This document shows positions 47,343 to 57,537 of a stretch of 64,000 nt of DNA, in pieces. How positions within the stretch are numbered: position 1 is the first letter of the stretch; every line of letters begins with the position of its first letter. Source of the DNA: a virus; IMG/VR virus record IMGVR_UViG_3300044641_004856, positions 1-64,000 of that record, one strand, 5' to 3'. The position numbers were made by a program, and so were the translations under genes. Below the pieces are notes generated by a model, which had not been told where the DNA came from, ran no database searches, and saw only the letters and a program-made list of their open reading frames with translations.

Positions 47343-49535
47343 GTGGCAAAATATGCTGGTTCCATTTATCGTGGAGCGTATTATGGTAACTCTCCGCGTC
47401 TTGTTTACAATGTTACCCCCTTCCTTGCTTCTGCATTAACTTACGACAAAGTACAGTTATTTTGGCAATTACCTCAAGGAGATTTTTCTCAATTTAGGCT
47501 TGTTAGAAATAATACTAACTTTCCTGAAAGTGCTGAAGATGGAACAATCGTTTGGCAACAAGTTTCTGCCACAAATATCAGTGGTCAAGTATCTAGAAAC
47601 TCAATTATTGATGGTGAAGATAACGTTAGCGAAACTTATTACAAAGGCCTTATTCCTGGTCAATTTATTTACTATACCGTATTTCTTTACACTTCAACCA
47701 AGGTTTGGGTTGCTGCGGGTTCTACCTACGTCCTGATACCTAAAAAGTTAAGCAGCACAGACACTTTGTACAACATGCTTCCTAGAATCTTTACTACTAA
47801 AGACGGAAGTCCTACAGGACCAATGGAAAAAGATACTTTTCTGTATAATTTCTTAGATTCTTTTGGGTTTACTTACGACCAGATATTAACTTATGCCGAC
47901 TTAATTAAACCTTCTTTTGGAGAGTCTAAACTTCCCCCTCAATTTTTAGGGTATAAGTTTTTAAGTTATGGTCTTTATTTAGAACGAGGATTAGCCTTTA
48001 AAAACCAAAAAAAGTTAGTTCGTGAATCGGCTAGACTTTTTGCATTAAAAGGAACTGAACTAGGCATCAATAACTACATAGAGTCTTTAAGTGGCTATGC
48101 ACCTGTTTTAGTAAAATCTCCTAACCTACTTTTAGATATGCAAGATGCCACTTTTAAAAATGGTTTTGGTCGTTGGATTGCAACGGCAGGAACTTTAACT
48201 GCGGATAACACACAGACTTTAGCAACGGGAACCAACGCTATTGACACAGTTTGGTCTGGAAAAGTAGTAACCATTTTGCCAACAGTTACCTTTAAACAAA
48301 GGTTGAATGACGTGGCTCAGTTAACAACTAACGTAGCCCACGGTTTAGAAGTTGGTGATACCGTTACTGTTGCAGGTGTAGATGCTAACTACAACGGAAC
48401 CTTTACTGTTACAACAGTTCCAACACCAACAACTTTTACTTATGCAAGTGTCAACGCTCCAATGATTCCAACTGCTGCAACAGGAACTGCTGCTGGGGGA
48501 ACTGCTATCTCTCTAGGTCGAGATGCTCCTATTACTAAAGGAATTCCAGTTACACCTCAAACTGCTTATACGCTATCTTTTTATGCAAAAACTGTTGCCA
48601 ACGGAACTTTAACACCTGCTTTATACTGGTATGACGAACTAGGTAAAATAATTGGCTCTAGAGTTATGGGCACAGAACTCGGAACAATTGGTCAAGTTCA
48701 AAGAACAACTTTGGCTGCAACTTCACCAGCAGGTGCTGCTTATGCTGGAATTAGGATTTACTTAACCACTACAGGAACTTACTATATTGATATGGTTCAA
48801 TTAGGAAAAACCATAGACATAACTAATTACGACGAACCACGTAGTATTGATGTATTTTTAGAGCCAAGGAAAGTAAATTTAATTAGTAACCCGTCTTTTG
48901 AAACAAACGGCAATTTATGGACTACTAACTCTTCAAAAACCCTGGTTGCAGATGTTCCAACGGGTGTTCCAGGAGCACAGTCTCTTCGACTTAGTGGAAC
49001 AAACGCACTTTCTGTAACAACTACCTGTGCAACCTCTTCAACTTACACAATTTTTGATGACAATAACTATGTGTTTTCTATTTACCTAAAGGCAAGTGCC
49101 CCTTGCACTGTAAACATAACTTTAGGTGTTACTGATGAAACAGGGACAGATGCGGAAAGTGCTGTTCAAACTTGTAACTTAACCACTGATTGGCAAAGGT
49201 TTTACACTACTGTGTATATTCCAATTGACTTTTCACCCCAAAATACTATTACAATGACTGCAAGTGTTTCAGGAACATTGACAGGGCAAACAGTTACATT
49301 AGACAACGCTCAGGTAGAACGTGGTTACCAACCATCAGAATATTTTGACGGTTCTATGCCGTCCGATTACGGTGTTGTATGGTCAGGAACTGCCCATGCT
49401 TCAAGGTCATTCTACTATACAGACAAAAACATTAAAATCCCTAGACTTCTTATAAGCCTTCCAGATTGGATTCCACGGCATATTCCTTACCGTATCAGAA
49501 GTTACGCTGGTGTCGAAGGAAGTTACGCTCCATAG
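47343..49535 (+). CDS. Baseplate wedge/tail protein with carbohydrate-binding-like domains
   Basis: LYNMLPRIF and LKGTELG motifs; NLISNPSFE CBM-like domains. Confidence 0.7.
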   Translation: MAKYAGSIYRGAYYGNSPRLVYNVTPFLASALTYDKVQLFWQLPQGDFSQFRLVRNNTNFPESAEDGTIVWQQVSATNISGQVSRNSIIDGEDNVSETYYKGLIPGQFIYYTVFLYTSTKVWVAAGSTYVLIPKKLSSTDTLYNMLPRIFTTKDGSPTGPMEKDTFLYNFLDSFGFTYDQILTYADLIKPSFGESKLPPQFLGYKFLSYGLYLERGLAFKNQKKLVRESARLFALKGTELGINNYIESLSGYAPVLVKSPNLLLDMQDATFKNGFGRWIATAGTLTADNTQTLATGTNAIDTVWSGKVVTILPTVTFKQRLNDVAQLTTNVAHGLEVGDTVTVAGVDANYNGTFTVTTVPTPTTFTYASVNAPMIPTAATGTAAGGTAISLGRDAPITKGIPVTPQTAYTLSFYAKTVANGTLTPALYWYDELGKIIGSRVMGTELGTIGQVQRTTLAATSPAGAAYAGIRIYLTTTGTYYIDMVQLGKTIDITNYDEPRSIDVFLEPRKVNLISNPSFETNGNLWTTNSSKTLVADVPTGVPGAQSLRLSGTNALSVTTTCATSSTYTIFDDNNYVFSIYLKASAPCTVNITLGVTDETGTDAESAVQTCNLTTDWQRFYTTVYIPIDFSPQNTITMTASVSGTLTGQTVTLDNAQVERGYQPSEYFDGSMPSDYGVVWSGTAHASRSFYYTDKNIKIPRLLISLPDWIPRHIPYRIRSYAGVEGSYAP

Positions 49536-49546
49536 AAATTTAGGTC

Positions 49547-49558
49547 TAAGATACACCT
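49547..49558 (+). promoter_or_regulatory. Leaderless -10 element at the start of the replication module
   Basis: TAAGAT, 6 nt, ATG 49559; no SD. Confidence 0.45.
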
Positions 49559-49813
49559 ATGGACCTACTTATAGAACTACTTGTAATCTCTTTTGCTGTT
49601 GCATATTTTACTGAAGCAATTCAAGCCTTCTACGATTTAAAAAAACTACGTGGGTTTGTTGCCTTGCCATTTGCTGTTTTGTTTTGTTGGTTGTTTGGTT
49701 ACCCATGGATAGAAACAGCACTGTTTGCTCCCGCTAGTTCTTTCTTAGCCTTAGCAATTACAATGTTTATTACTAAAGAAGAAGTAAGTGTTCAACCAAT
49801 TCGACGATACTAG
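49559..49813 (+). CDS. Small multi-TM membrane protein (holin-like)
   Basis: 84 aa, about three hydrophobic segments. Confidence 0.65.
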   Translation: MDLLIELLVISFAVAYFTEAIQAFYDLKKLRGFVALPFAVLFCWLFGYPWIETALFAPASSFLALAITMFITKEEVSVQPIRRY

Positions 49814-49822
49814 GAGTATAAA

Positions 49823-50290
49823 ATGACGCGATTATTAATTGTTGGTAGTGCTGATGACATAGATGTAACAGTTGGTTTGCGACAGTTGTTGGATAAAAGA
49901 GTCATTGCAGAGATTGTTCTTCCCTCTAGTGAACCAAATGAAACACAAGACCAAATCATCCTCACTGCTTCTGAAAAAGGCATTCCTGTTAGCACGGGAG
50001 GAGATTTAGATACGTTGATGGAAGTTTTTGTTGCGGATGATATTTTGGCAGTTGCATGGGATGAATCAGATGAGTGCTTTGAGGCTATTGAATGGGCACA
50101 TGACAAAGGCTTAGATATATGGGACATTTCAAATGGCTTAAATATCGTTGATACACAGACAGAGGCTTTGGAAGAACACCTAGATGAAGTGCTTGCAGAC
50201 TTTACTGAATCCTTGTCAGCATTGATTTACAAGATGGTGATGGACCAAATTAACGGCGATGGTAAGCACAAATACCGTCGCTCTGAGTGA
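49823..50290 (+). CDS. Acidic hypothetical protein
   Basis: AGGAG RBS; 155 aa. Confidence 0.65.
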   Translation: MTRLLIVGSADDIDVTVGLRQLLDKRVIAEIVLPSSEPNETQDQIILTASEKGIPVSTGGDLDTLMEVFVADDILAVAWDESDECFEAIEWAHDKGLDIWDISNGLNIVDTQTEALEEHLDEVLADFTESLSALIYKMVMDQINGDGKHKYRRSE

Positions 50291-51252
50291 GCCTTTCATC
50301 TCGGCTGCTCGACGCGAATTTAAGCCATTTTCAATTTCGTCTCTTCGTTACACTGTGGTCCTTAGCGACCTCTGACGGGGTGGTAGAGCAGTCAATGGAT
50401 ACTCTCGGCTGCTCGACGCAGGCTAAATCTAGGAACACCGTCAGAGAGGCTATACGAGCCTTAGAGGACAAGGGGCTACTTGAAACACAACGCAAAAAGC
50501 GTGGGCGAGGGTTCTATTCTGGGAACACATACCAGTTGTTATGCCCTCTGTGGGAGGCATCAGTATGCCCTGCAGAGAGGGCATCTACAGATAGAGCAGA
50601 TAGTAACTATGACTACCTAGTTAATAGACTATTAGTACCTAATAGTCATATTAGTCAAACTAGTTATGAAAATATAAAAATACAAAAAGTAAGTGAGGAA
50701 TCAATGAATAAAAGTTGGCGTGAAGAACAAGCCAAGGATGATTCCATTGGTGGTATTGGAAAGTTGGAGTCAGAGACACCGAGGACACCGCCGAGCAAGA
50801 AAGACACTAAGACACGAGGACTGCGACCAGAGGCAGAATGGACAAGTCGCGATGTAGCAGCAGAGTTTTCTTACCTTGTTGGCAAGAAGTTTCCCTGGCT
50901 TCCAGGAACTGTCAACGTCGGTCACCTTGCAGGAGCACTCGCCAAGCAACGCAGCCAGTATCAGACGACAGCCCTGGTCGAACTAGAGTTGTTAAAGATG
51001 TTTATGGCTGACCAAAAGAACTTTATAGGTATCGGCAACGAGGCTCCTTATCTCTATAAGAAGTTTCTCCAGATGTTTAGGACCCACCTGGTCAAGGCGC
51101 ACAACAATCTTGGGATAGTCCTGCCGAATGTCGAGGGCGTGTCAGAAGAGATTAATACCGATGTCGTCTATGCTTCTGACGGAAGAACATTCGACAACAC
51201 GATTGCAGGTCGGTCTGCGCTAGAAAGGTATGAGAAAAAGTTAAATGCCTAA
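50287..51252 (+). CDS. Winged-HTH replication initiator-like protein
   Basis: SRNTVREAIRALEDKGLL...NTYQL; internal repeat/AT-rich linker; DnaC-like gene nearby. Confidence 0.7.
   Translation: MSLSSRLLDANLSHFQFRLFVTLWSLATSDGVVEQSMDTLGCSTQAKSRNTVREAIRALEDKGLLETQRKKRGRGFYSGNTYQLLCPLWEASVCPAERASTDRADSNYDYLVNRLLVPNSHISQTSYENIKIQKVSEESMNKSWREEQAKDDSIGGIGKLESETPRTPPSKKDTKTRGLRPEAEWTSRDVAAEFSYLVGKKFPWLPGTVNVGHLAGALAKQRSQYQTTALVELELLKMFMADQKNFIGIGNEAPYLYKKFLQMFRTHLVKAHNNLGIVLPNVEGVSEEINTDVVYASDGRTFDNTIAGRSALERYEKKLNA
50540..50710. other. Candidate replication origin inside the initiator gene
   Basis: Two TATGCCCT-N8-GGCATC repeats 24 bp apart; GACTATTAG-tac-CTAATAGTC palindrome; A-rich tract. Confidence 0.5.
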
Positions 51253-51415
51253 GTATGATTTTAAATGCGATACCTGCGAAGGCAGTCTTGTAGAAATGCA
51301 CTTGACTTTTGAATCTACTGAGCGACCTAACTGTGACCGTTGTGGCAATGCGATGAGCAAAGTATTTACACCACCTGCAGTTCAATTCAAAGGCGGAGGA
51401 TGGGGAGGTCAGTAA
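51245..51415 (+). CDS. FmdB-family zinc ribbon protein (missing from ORF track)
   Basis: MPKYDFKCDTC...CDRCGNAMSKVFTPPAVQFKGGGW. Confidence 0.85.
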   Translation: MPKYDFKCDTCEGSLVEMHLTFESTERPNCDRCGNAMSKVFTPPAVQFKGGGWGGQ

Positions 51416-51579
51416 TGCAGTGTGTTGCTAAAACCGCTACAGGTAAACCTTGCAAAGTAGTTGGGGAAGAATCTCGAGGCGGTCTGTGTCATGTCCATGA
51501 CCCAAATGGAAAGTATCAAGTGCAGCACCCTAAATTTGCAGAAGCAGTTAAAAGAATTCAGGAAAAGGAATTAACATGA
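51415..51579 (+). CDS. Small C-C-C-H zinc finger protein
   Basis: MQCVAKTATGKPC...LCHVH; TAATG coupling and GGAGG RBS. Confidence 0.7.
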   Translation: MQCVAKTATGKPCKVVGEESRGGLCHVHDPNGKYQVQHPKFAEAVKRIQEKELT

Positions 51580-51659
51580 ATCTTGCACTCATCATCGGAA
51601 TCTTAATTGGTATTCCTATTGGAATGCTCATACATGCCTGGGTAGAAAACGATGGCTAA
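51576..51659 (+). CDS. 27-aa single-TM peptide (missing from ORF track)
   Basis: MNLALIIGILIGIPIGMLIHAWVENDG; AAGGA RBS; ATGA overlap. Confidence 0.55.
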   Translation: MNLALIIGILIGIPIGMLIHAWVENDG

Positions 51660-51855
51660 AAAGAAAAAAGATTTACCCGTTTTTGCTATTGTCACTATGC
51701 CCAAGTGGAAGTCTAAAATTTTAGATGTTATTGTCGGCATCTTGTTTCCAGGAGAGTTGTATTTTGTTTTAACAATCCAAGAAACAGGTATGACTACAAA
51801 CGGTAAAGGCAAATACACCGACGACAGAGGAGTATCAGTTGACTTATCAGATTGA
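51652..51855 (+). CDS. Small hypothetical protein
   Basis: 67-aa ORF in operon context. Confidence 0.55.
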   Translation: MAKKKKDLPVFAIVTMPKWKSKILDVIVGILFPGELYFVLTIQETGMTTNGKGKYTDDRGVSVDLSD

Positions 51856-52561
51856 ATCGTTATCTCCTTTCAAACGACATTGGATACTCCGTAATTCAAA
51901 TATCCCCCGACGTTTTCTTGGGTTAGAACCTTCTGACATGTTGTCTGAGTTTCCAGAAACAGTCGTTGATTGGCTGGACGAGATAGTAACGGGCAACGTT
52001 ATTAAGCAGGTTGGTGGTCTTGGTTTAACAGGCGTTGGGTTACTTTTTGATGGAGGACCAGGACTTGGCAAAACAACTCACGCAGTTGTAGCAGCCATGG
52101 AGTTTGTTAAGAATTTACCTGACGATGAAGACACTGCTAAAAAAGTTCTTGAATACAAGTCAGGCTCAGATTACGGAATGTTATCTCGCCCTATTTATTA
52201 CTTAACCTATCCTGAGTTTCTGTCTCGCAAAAAGGCTATGTTTGACGCAGATGCTGATGAAAAGCGTGAGATGAACCGTGAAATGGAGGGGTTTCACGGA
52301 CGTGCAAAAGAAGATTGGTTAAACGTTAGGTTGTTGATACTTGACGACTTAGGTAAGGAATACGGCTCTAACTACGACAACACTTCTTTTGACGAGATTT
52401 TACGCAGTCGATACGACAGAGCATTGCCTACAATAGTAACTACCAACGAGATGCTGGAAAATTGGGGAGCCAAATACAGCAACGCGATGGCGAGTTTTGC
52501 TAATGAGGCATTCCAAAGAGTTCGCCTAGTTAACAAAGACTTACGGAAGGCACGAGCATGA
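51839..52561 (+). CDS. DnaC/IstB-like AAA+ helicase loader
   Basis: IPRRF, GGPGLGKT, LLILDDLGKE and LPTIVTTN motifs. Confidence 0.88.
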   Translation: MTYQIESLSPFKRHWILRNSNIPRRFLGLEPSDMLSEFPETVVDWLDEIVTGNVIKQVGGLGLTGVGLLFDGGPGLGKTTHAVVAAMEFVKNLPDDEDTAKKVLEYKSGSDYGMLSRPIYYLTYPEFLSRKKAMFDADADEKREMNREMEGFHGRAKEDWLNVRLLILDDLGKEYGSNYDNTSFDEILRSRYDRALPTIVTTNEMLENWGAKYSNAMASFANEAFQRVRLVNKDLRKARA

Positions 52562-52860
52562 AGAAAGGCTCAAATTTGGAGACGTGGAGAACGGTCCAGT
52601 TATTTCTCTCGACTACGGGGGTGTACGAGGTACAACTACGCCCTGGTGATACGAATGCGAAATGTAACTGCCCTTCTTACCGAGTTAGAAGCAAATGTAA
52701 ACACACCGAATTTATTCAACAGCGCATGCTAGAAAACTCTGGGCAGTACGCTATTTTAGTTCCTGAAGACGTGCCAGAAGATGAGGCTGCTAAAGCCAAC
52801 GATTCTGCAGACGCGTTTAGAAATTTTATTTTAAAATACGCGAGAGTAGAAGTGTTGTGA
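52558..52860 (+). CDS. SWIM zinc finger protein
   Basis: CNCPSY....CKH. Confidence 0.8.
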   Translation: MKKGSNLETWRTVQLFLSTTGVYEVQLRPGDTNAKCNCPSYRVRSKCKHTEFIQQRMLENSGQYAILVPEDVPEDEAAKANDSADAFRNFILKYARVEVL

Positions 52861-53273
52861 GAAATGGCGACATCTCTAATGAAACACCTTCGCGTTTAAT
52901 TGTTCTTGCAGAAGTTGTTGCCCAAACTGAAGAAGTAAAAGAAAAGAAACTTTTTAAATCTTCTACATATCTTCGCATTAGTAACATAAATAAAGAAGCA
53001 GTTGCACAGTTATGGATTTTAACTAACAAATACGGTTTGTCCGTAGAACTTGCAGGTATTGAGGAAAGTGGTTTAGATAAATCTGACTTAGACCACATTA
53101 TGGAAATTCTTGACAGGAGAGGAGGTAACCCGTTTAATTTTGCACAGATTTACATGACGACACAGGAGTTAGTAGATGACTTGCCCTATCGCGTAAATCT
53201 AAAAGGTGTGATAGACATTCCCCCTAGATTGGGAAGATATGGTTCTTGGGGTATTGAATTAAATCGTTTATGA
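52857..53273 (+). CDS. Hypothetical protein (possibly a degenerate HAD-like fold)
   Basis: 138 aa; no DxD catalytic motif. Confidence 0.55.
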   Translation: MRNGDISNETPSRLIVLAEVVAQTEEVKEKKLFKSSTYLRISNINKEAVAQLWILTNKYGLSVELAGIEESGLDKSDLDHIMEILDRRGGNPFNFAQIYMTTQELVDDLPYRVNLKGVIDIPPRLGRYGSWGIELNRL

Positions 53274-53288
53274 GAGGAGAATAAATTC

Positions 53289-54542
53289 GTGGCAGCAGAT
53301 AATGAACACAGACTAGTAAGTAAAGTAATTCGTGACCGCGACATTCTCCCAGTATTACAACGCGGAGTTACATTTGATTGGTTTTTAGATGACGACAATT
53401 CTCGCGTATGGAAATTTGTTGTAAAGCACTATGCAGAGTATTCAGAAGTTCCAACTGCTGTAACTGTTAAAGACCATTATCCAACATACAAAATTTTAGA
53501 TGTTCAAGATTCACTTGAGTTTTTAGTTGACCAAGCCGTAACGTTTAGAAGAAAACTTCTTGTAAGACAGGGTTTAGAAAACTCTGTTCAAAAATTAACA
53601 GAGAATGACCACGAAGGTGCTTTGGTTGCTATGGAAGCAGCCATTACTCGTGTTAACTCACAGGGTGTTCAGGGAACTAACGAACTTGATTTAACAAAAG
53701 ATGCGGAAGCAAGATTTGCTGAGTATCAAGCATTAGCAAACCAAACAATGCTGGGAATTCCAACAGGCTTCGACAAAATTGACGAGGCAACTGCTGGATT
53801 ACAGGGTGGGCAGTTAGTGACAGTTATTGCTCCTCCTAAAACAGGTAAGTCACAAATAGCACTAGCAATAGCGATACACGTGCATCGTGACGGCAAAGTG
53901 CCAATGTTCCAGTCTTTTGAAATGACTAACAGAGAACAACAACAACGGCATGACTCAATTCGTGCTCAAGTTTCTCATGGTCGTCTTCGTCGCGGAAAAC
54001 TCTTTCAAGATGAAGAGACTCGTTATATTGATATGTTAAAAGGCATGGACGGAATGAAAGAATCGTTCCATCTTGTTGACGCTGTAAATGGGTTAACAGT
54101 TGCCTCTTTATCTGCCAAGATTTCAAAGTTACAGCCAGACATTGTGTTTGTTGATGGTGTTTATCTCATGATGGATGAAATGACTGGTGAGATGAATACG
54201 CCACAATCTATTACAAACGTAACGCGAGCATTGAAACGTCTTGCTCAACGTCACGACATTCCAGTAGTTGTAACTACTCAGACTTTGTTATGGAAGATGA
54301 AGGGCGGGAAGGTAACTGCAGACTCTATTGGTTACTCCTCATCATTCTTCCAAGACTCAGATGTCATCCTTGGTTTAGAACCCGTTCCAGATTACGACGA
54401 TTTAAGAACTTTAAAGATTGTTGCAAGCCGTAACTGTGGTCCTAGTGAAACAAGTTTGACATGGAAGTGGGAGACAGGGTGTTTCCACGAAGAATCAAAA
54501 AACTCAACTTGTGCTGTTTGTAAGAGAGGCTTAGTAATATGA
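53289..54542 (+). CDS. dnaB: Replicative DNA helicase (DnaB-like)
   Basis: GIPTGF, APPKTGKS, SFEM, VFVDGVYLM, LKRLA and QDSDVILG motifs. Confidence 0.92.
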   Translation: MAADNEHRLVSKVIRDRDILPVLQRGVTFDWFLDDDNSRVWKFVVKHYAEYSEVPTAVTVKDHYPTYKILDVQDSLEFLVDQAVTFRRKLLVRQGLENSVQKLTENDHEGALVAMEAAITRVNSQGVQGTNELDLTKDAEARFAEYQALANQTMLGIPTGFDKIDEATAGLQGGQLVTVIAPPKTGKSQIALAIAIHVHRDGKVPMFQSFEMTNREQQQRHDSIRAQVSHGRLRRGKLFQDEETRYIDMLKGMDGMKESFHLVDAVNGLTVASLSAKISKLQPDIVFVDGVYLMMDEMTGEMNTPQSITNVTRALKRLAQRHDIPVVVTTQTLLWKMKGGKVTADSIGYSSSFFQDSDVILGLEPVPDYDDLRTLKIVASRNCGPSETSLTWKWETGCFHEESKNSTCAVCKRGLVI

Positions 54543-55501
54543 CGGTTGTAGATGTTGTTAAAGTTTTGGATAAATTAGGTGTATTTATCATAAGAGAACG
54601 TGGCGATGAAATGCTTGCTCATTGTCCTGGTCATGAAACTCGGACTGGACAAAAAGATGTTAACCCTTCTTGGTACATCAACCAACGAACAGGTGCTCAC
54701 ATGTGTTTTTCTTGTGGATTCAAAGGAAACTTATTCTCTTTAGTTGGGGAAGTCCAAGGCTTCTACATTTCAGAGGACATTGATTACAGCGCAGTTAGTA
54801 AATGGATTGCACAGATTGAAAACATTACTCCACAAGAATTGGCTGCTCGTCTAAAAGAAGCACCGCAGTATGTAGCACCAAAACAAGAATTACCTATGGA
54901 CGATTCACGATTGGCTTTATTTACAGAGCCTCCAGCATGGGCTTTAGAATCTAGAGGCTTAACAGCCGAAGCATGTCGTAAGTATGAGGTGCTGTGGGCA
55001 AAAGAAGATACGTGGATACTTCCAATTAGAAACCCACATGACCACACTTTATGGGGTTGGCAAGAAAAGCATTCGAAGCAACGTTTGTTTAGAAATAGAC
55101 CTCTAGGTGTTACAAAATCTCGCACATTATTTGGTGCACACGAAGTAACTCCAGAGCAATCAATTTTAGTTGAGTCACCTCTTGATGCTGTACGAATTGC
55201 TTCTGCAGGAGTAGTAGGGGGAGTGGCTGCCTTTGGAGCACAGGTAAGTGAGTCTCAACTTAAACTCCTACGGTATTCCGATGTGGTCATTGTTGCGTTA
55301 GACAATCCAAAAGTCGACCCTGCTGGAAAAAAAGGTTGCGAAGCATTTTTACAAGGGGCTAAGAAGTTAGGCATTACTGCTAAGTTCTTTAACTACGCTT
55401 CAACAGGTTTAAAGGATGTTGGCGATATGGCTAACGAACAAATTCTTTGGGGCATAGAGAATGCTATTGACATGATTTATGGGGAGAAGGCGTATCTCTA
55501 A
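54539..55501 (+). CDS. dnaG: DNA primase (Zn-binding + TOPRIM)
   Basis: CPGH...CFSCG, LVESPLD, ALDN and KDVGD motifs. Confidence 0.88.
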   Translation: MTVVDVVKVLDKLGVFIIRERGDEMLAHCPGHETRTGQKDVNPSWYINQRTGAHMCFSCGFKGNLFSLVGEVQGFYISEDIDYSAVSKWIAQIENITPQELAARLKEAPQYVAPKQELPMDDSRLALFTEPPAWALESRGLTAEACRKYEVLWAKEDTWILPIRNPHDHTLWGWQEKHSKQRLFRNRPLGVTKSRTLFGAHEVTPEQSILVESPLDAVRIASAGVVGGVAAFGAQVSESQLKLLRYSDVVIVALDNPKVDPAGKKGCEAFLQGAKKLGITAKFFNYASTGLKDVGDMANEQILWGIENAIDMIYGEKAYL

Positions 55502-57081
55502 TGTTTACAGGCACTTTAAAACCGTATCAAGTTGAAGCCGTTGAACGTATGGCAAAGCAAAAGAAAATGCTGGTTGCCTATGAGATGGGTTTAGGAAAAA
55601 CTTGCATGACGATTGCAGCACTTGAAGAGTTGCGGGAAAGAAAAGAAATTACCCAACCCACATTAGTTATTGTGTTAGCAAGTTTAAAGTATCAATGGGA
55701 AGCAGAGATAACAAAGTTTTCAAACGCCACAGTTACCGTCGTAGACGGGTCAAAAGCAGTACGAACTAGGCAATACGTAGATGGCACATACACGGACTAC
55801 ATAGTGACTAACTACGAGTCTATTGTTAATGACTGGGAGTTCCTAAAAGGTTTGCTATTTGACGCTATTGTGTGTGATGAGGCTACTGCTATAAAAGGTT
55901 TCCGTTCTAAAAGAAGTAAGAAGGTTAAAGAACTCGCAACAAAAATTCCCGTTAAGTATGCATTAACTGGCACACCTATTGAAAATGGAAAGCCAGAAGA
56001 GTTGTATAGCATTATGCAGTTTGTTGAACCATCGATGTTAGGTCGTTTTGATTTATTTGATAAAACCTTCATTGTAAGAAATCATTTTGGCGGGGTACAG
56101 AGATACCGCAATCTTCCGTTACTACACGAGAAGATTAAAGAAGCGTCGGTTAGGAAGGCTCAGTCAGACCCTGATGTTGCCCCCTACCTACCCGCCACTA
56201 TTCATTTAAGCCCTATCAAGGTTCGCCTAAACAAACCTGCTCGAACTCTGTATGACAAAATTAAGTTAGATTTAACAACTGACTTAGAAGAAGCCCAATC
56301 TCTTTTTGGAGGGGGTTTTTCTTTAGACGCAATTTATGGGCAAGGACAAGCCTTTGGCGGACCTGTAGACGCAATGCGTGGGGCTATCATGTCTAAAATT
56401 ACTGCGTTGCGTATGGTGTGTGACAGTCCTTCGTTACTTGTTGATAGTGCGACAAAATACAAATTAAACCAAGGCTTAGGAGGTAGTTCGTATGCTTCTT
56501 ACCTTGACGATGAGGGTTATCTAGAAAACTTAGACTTAGGTGCGTCTAAGTTAGATGCCGTAGTGAGTTACGTAGTTGACCACTTAGAAACAGACGAACT
56601 TTCTAAGGTTGTAATTTTTACAAGTTACATTGGAATGTTGACGTTGCTCCAAAACGCTTTGGCAGAAAAGAAGATAAAAAGCCGTATTTACTCAGGACAA
56701 CTGAATGCTAAAGAAAAAGAAGATTCAAAACTAGATTTCCAAAACTCAAAAGAAGTTAGGGTTTTAATCTCTAGTGATGCTGGAGGTTACGGCGTTGACT
56801 TGCCTCAAGCAAATTTACTGGTAAATTATGATTTACCTTGGTCAGCAGGTAAAGCGGTTCAACGTAACTCTCGAATACGACGTGCGTCAAGTAAATGGCC
56901 TTCCGTTATTATTCAAGACTTCTTAGTGTTAAACTCGATTGAAGAACGCCAGTTTGAAATGCTAAACCAAAAAAATTTAGTAGCAGATGCTGTTGTTGAT
57001 GGGACAGGGATTAACATTAAAGGAGGCGTTGACTTAACAGTCGGCAGTCTTTTGAACTTTTTATTAAACGCAACTATTTAA
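55501..57081 (+). CDS. SNF2-family helicase/ATPase
   Basis: EMGLGKT, CDEA, LTGTPIEN, AGGYGVDL and QRNSRIRR motifs. Confidence 0.92.
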   Translation: MFTGTLKPYQVEAVERMAKQKKMLVAYEMGLGKTCMTIAALEELRERKEITQPTLVIVLASLKYQWEAEITKFSNATVTVVDGSKAVRTRQYVDGTYTDYIVTNYESIVNDWEFLKGLLFDAIVCDEATAIKGFRSKRSKKVKELATKIPVKYALTGTPIENGKPEELYSIMQFVEPSMLGRFDLFDKTFIVRNHFGGVQRYRNLPLLHEKIKEASVRKAQSDPDVAPYLPATIHLSPIKVRLNKPARTLYDKIKLDLTTDLEEAQSLFGGGFSLDAIYGQGQAFGGPVDAMRGAIMSKITALRMVCDSPSLLVDSATKYKLNQGLGGSSYASYLDDEGYLENLDLGASKLDAVVSYVVDHLETDELSKVVIFTSYIGMLTLLQNALAEKKIKSRIYSGQLNAKEKEDSKLDFQNSKEVRVLISSDAGGYGVDLPQANLLVNYDLPWSAGKAVQRNSRIRRASSKWPSVIIQDFLVLNSIEERQFEMLNQKNLVADAVVDGTGINIKGGVDLTVGSLLNFLLNATI

Positions 57082-57091
57082 GGAGAACATA

Positions 57092-57535
57092 ATGGCAAAA
57101 GCGATAGATGAACCAAGAGACTTTCTTGGAGACGATAGCCTTGAAGGACAGGTAAAAGAGTATGCCTATCTAAAAGGCGTTGTTGATGATGCTGAAAAAC
57201 GCCAAAAAACTCTGAAGGAAAAACTATTTGCGTATATTGAAGAAAATGGTTTTGAAGACGGTAAGGGGCATTGGTGGTATGAATTTACTGAGCCTATTGA
57301 AGGAGTCAACTCTGTTCAGAAAGAAAAAAGAGTTTCTCGTACAAAAATTGACGACTTAGTTGCTGACAGAATCATTGAAGAAAAAGGACTTGCAGACAGA
57401 CTGTATAAAACAGTCCAAGTAGTTGACGAAGATGCACTATGGGCAGCCTTGTACGAGGGCGTATTGACTGCAGAAGAGGTAGATGCAATCTTCCCTCCTA
57501 AAGTTGTTTGGGCACTAAAGTTAAGTAAGAAGTAA
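57092..57535 (+). CDS. Hypothetical protein
   Basis: TAAGGAG RBS; N-terminal coiled coil. Confidence 0.7.
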   Translation: MAKAIDEPRDFLGDDSLEGQVKEYAYLKGVVDDAEKRQKTLKEKLFAYIEENGFEDGKGHWWYEFTEPIEGVNSVQKEKRVSRTKIDDLVADRIIEEKGLADRLYKTVQVVDEDALWAALYEGVLTAEEVDAIFPPKVVWALKLSKK

Positions 57536-57537
57536 TC

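Noticed and set aside
44425-49535. Diversity-generating retroelement or invertible fibre cassette
   Set aside because: No reverse transcriptase, invertase, or template/variable repeat pair seen
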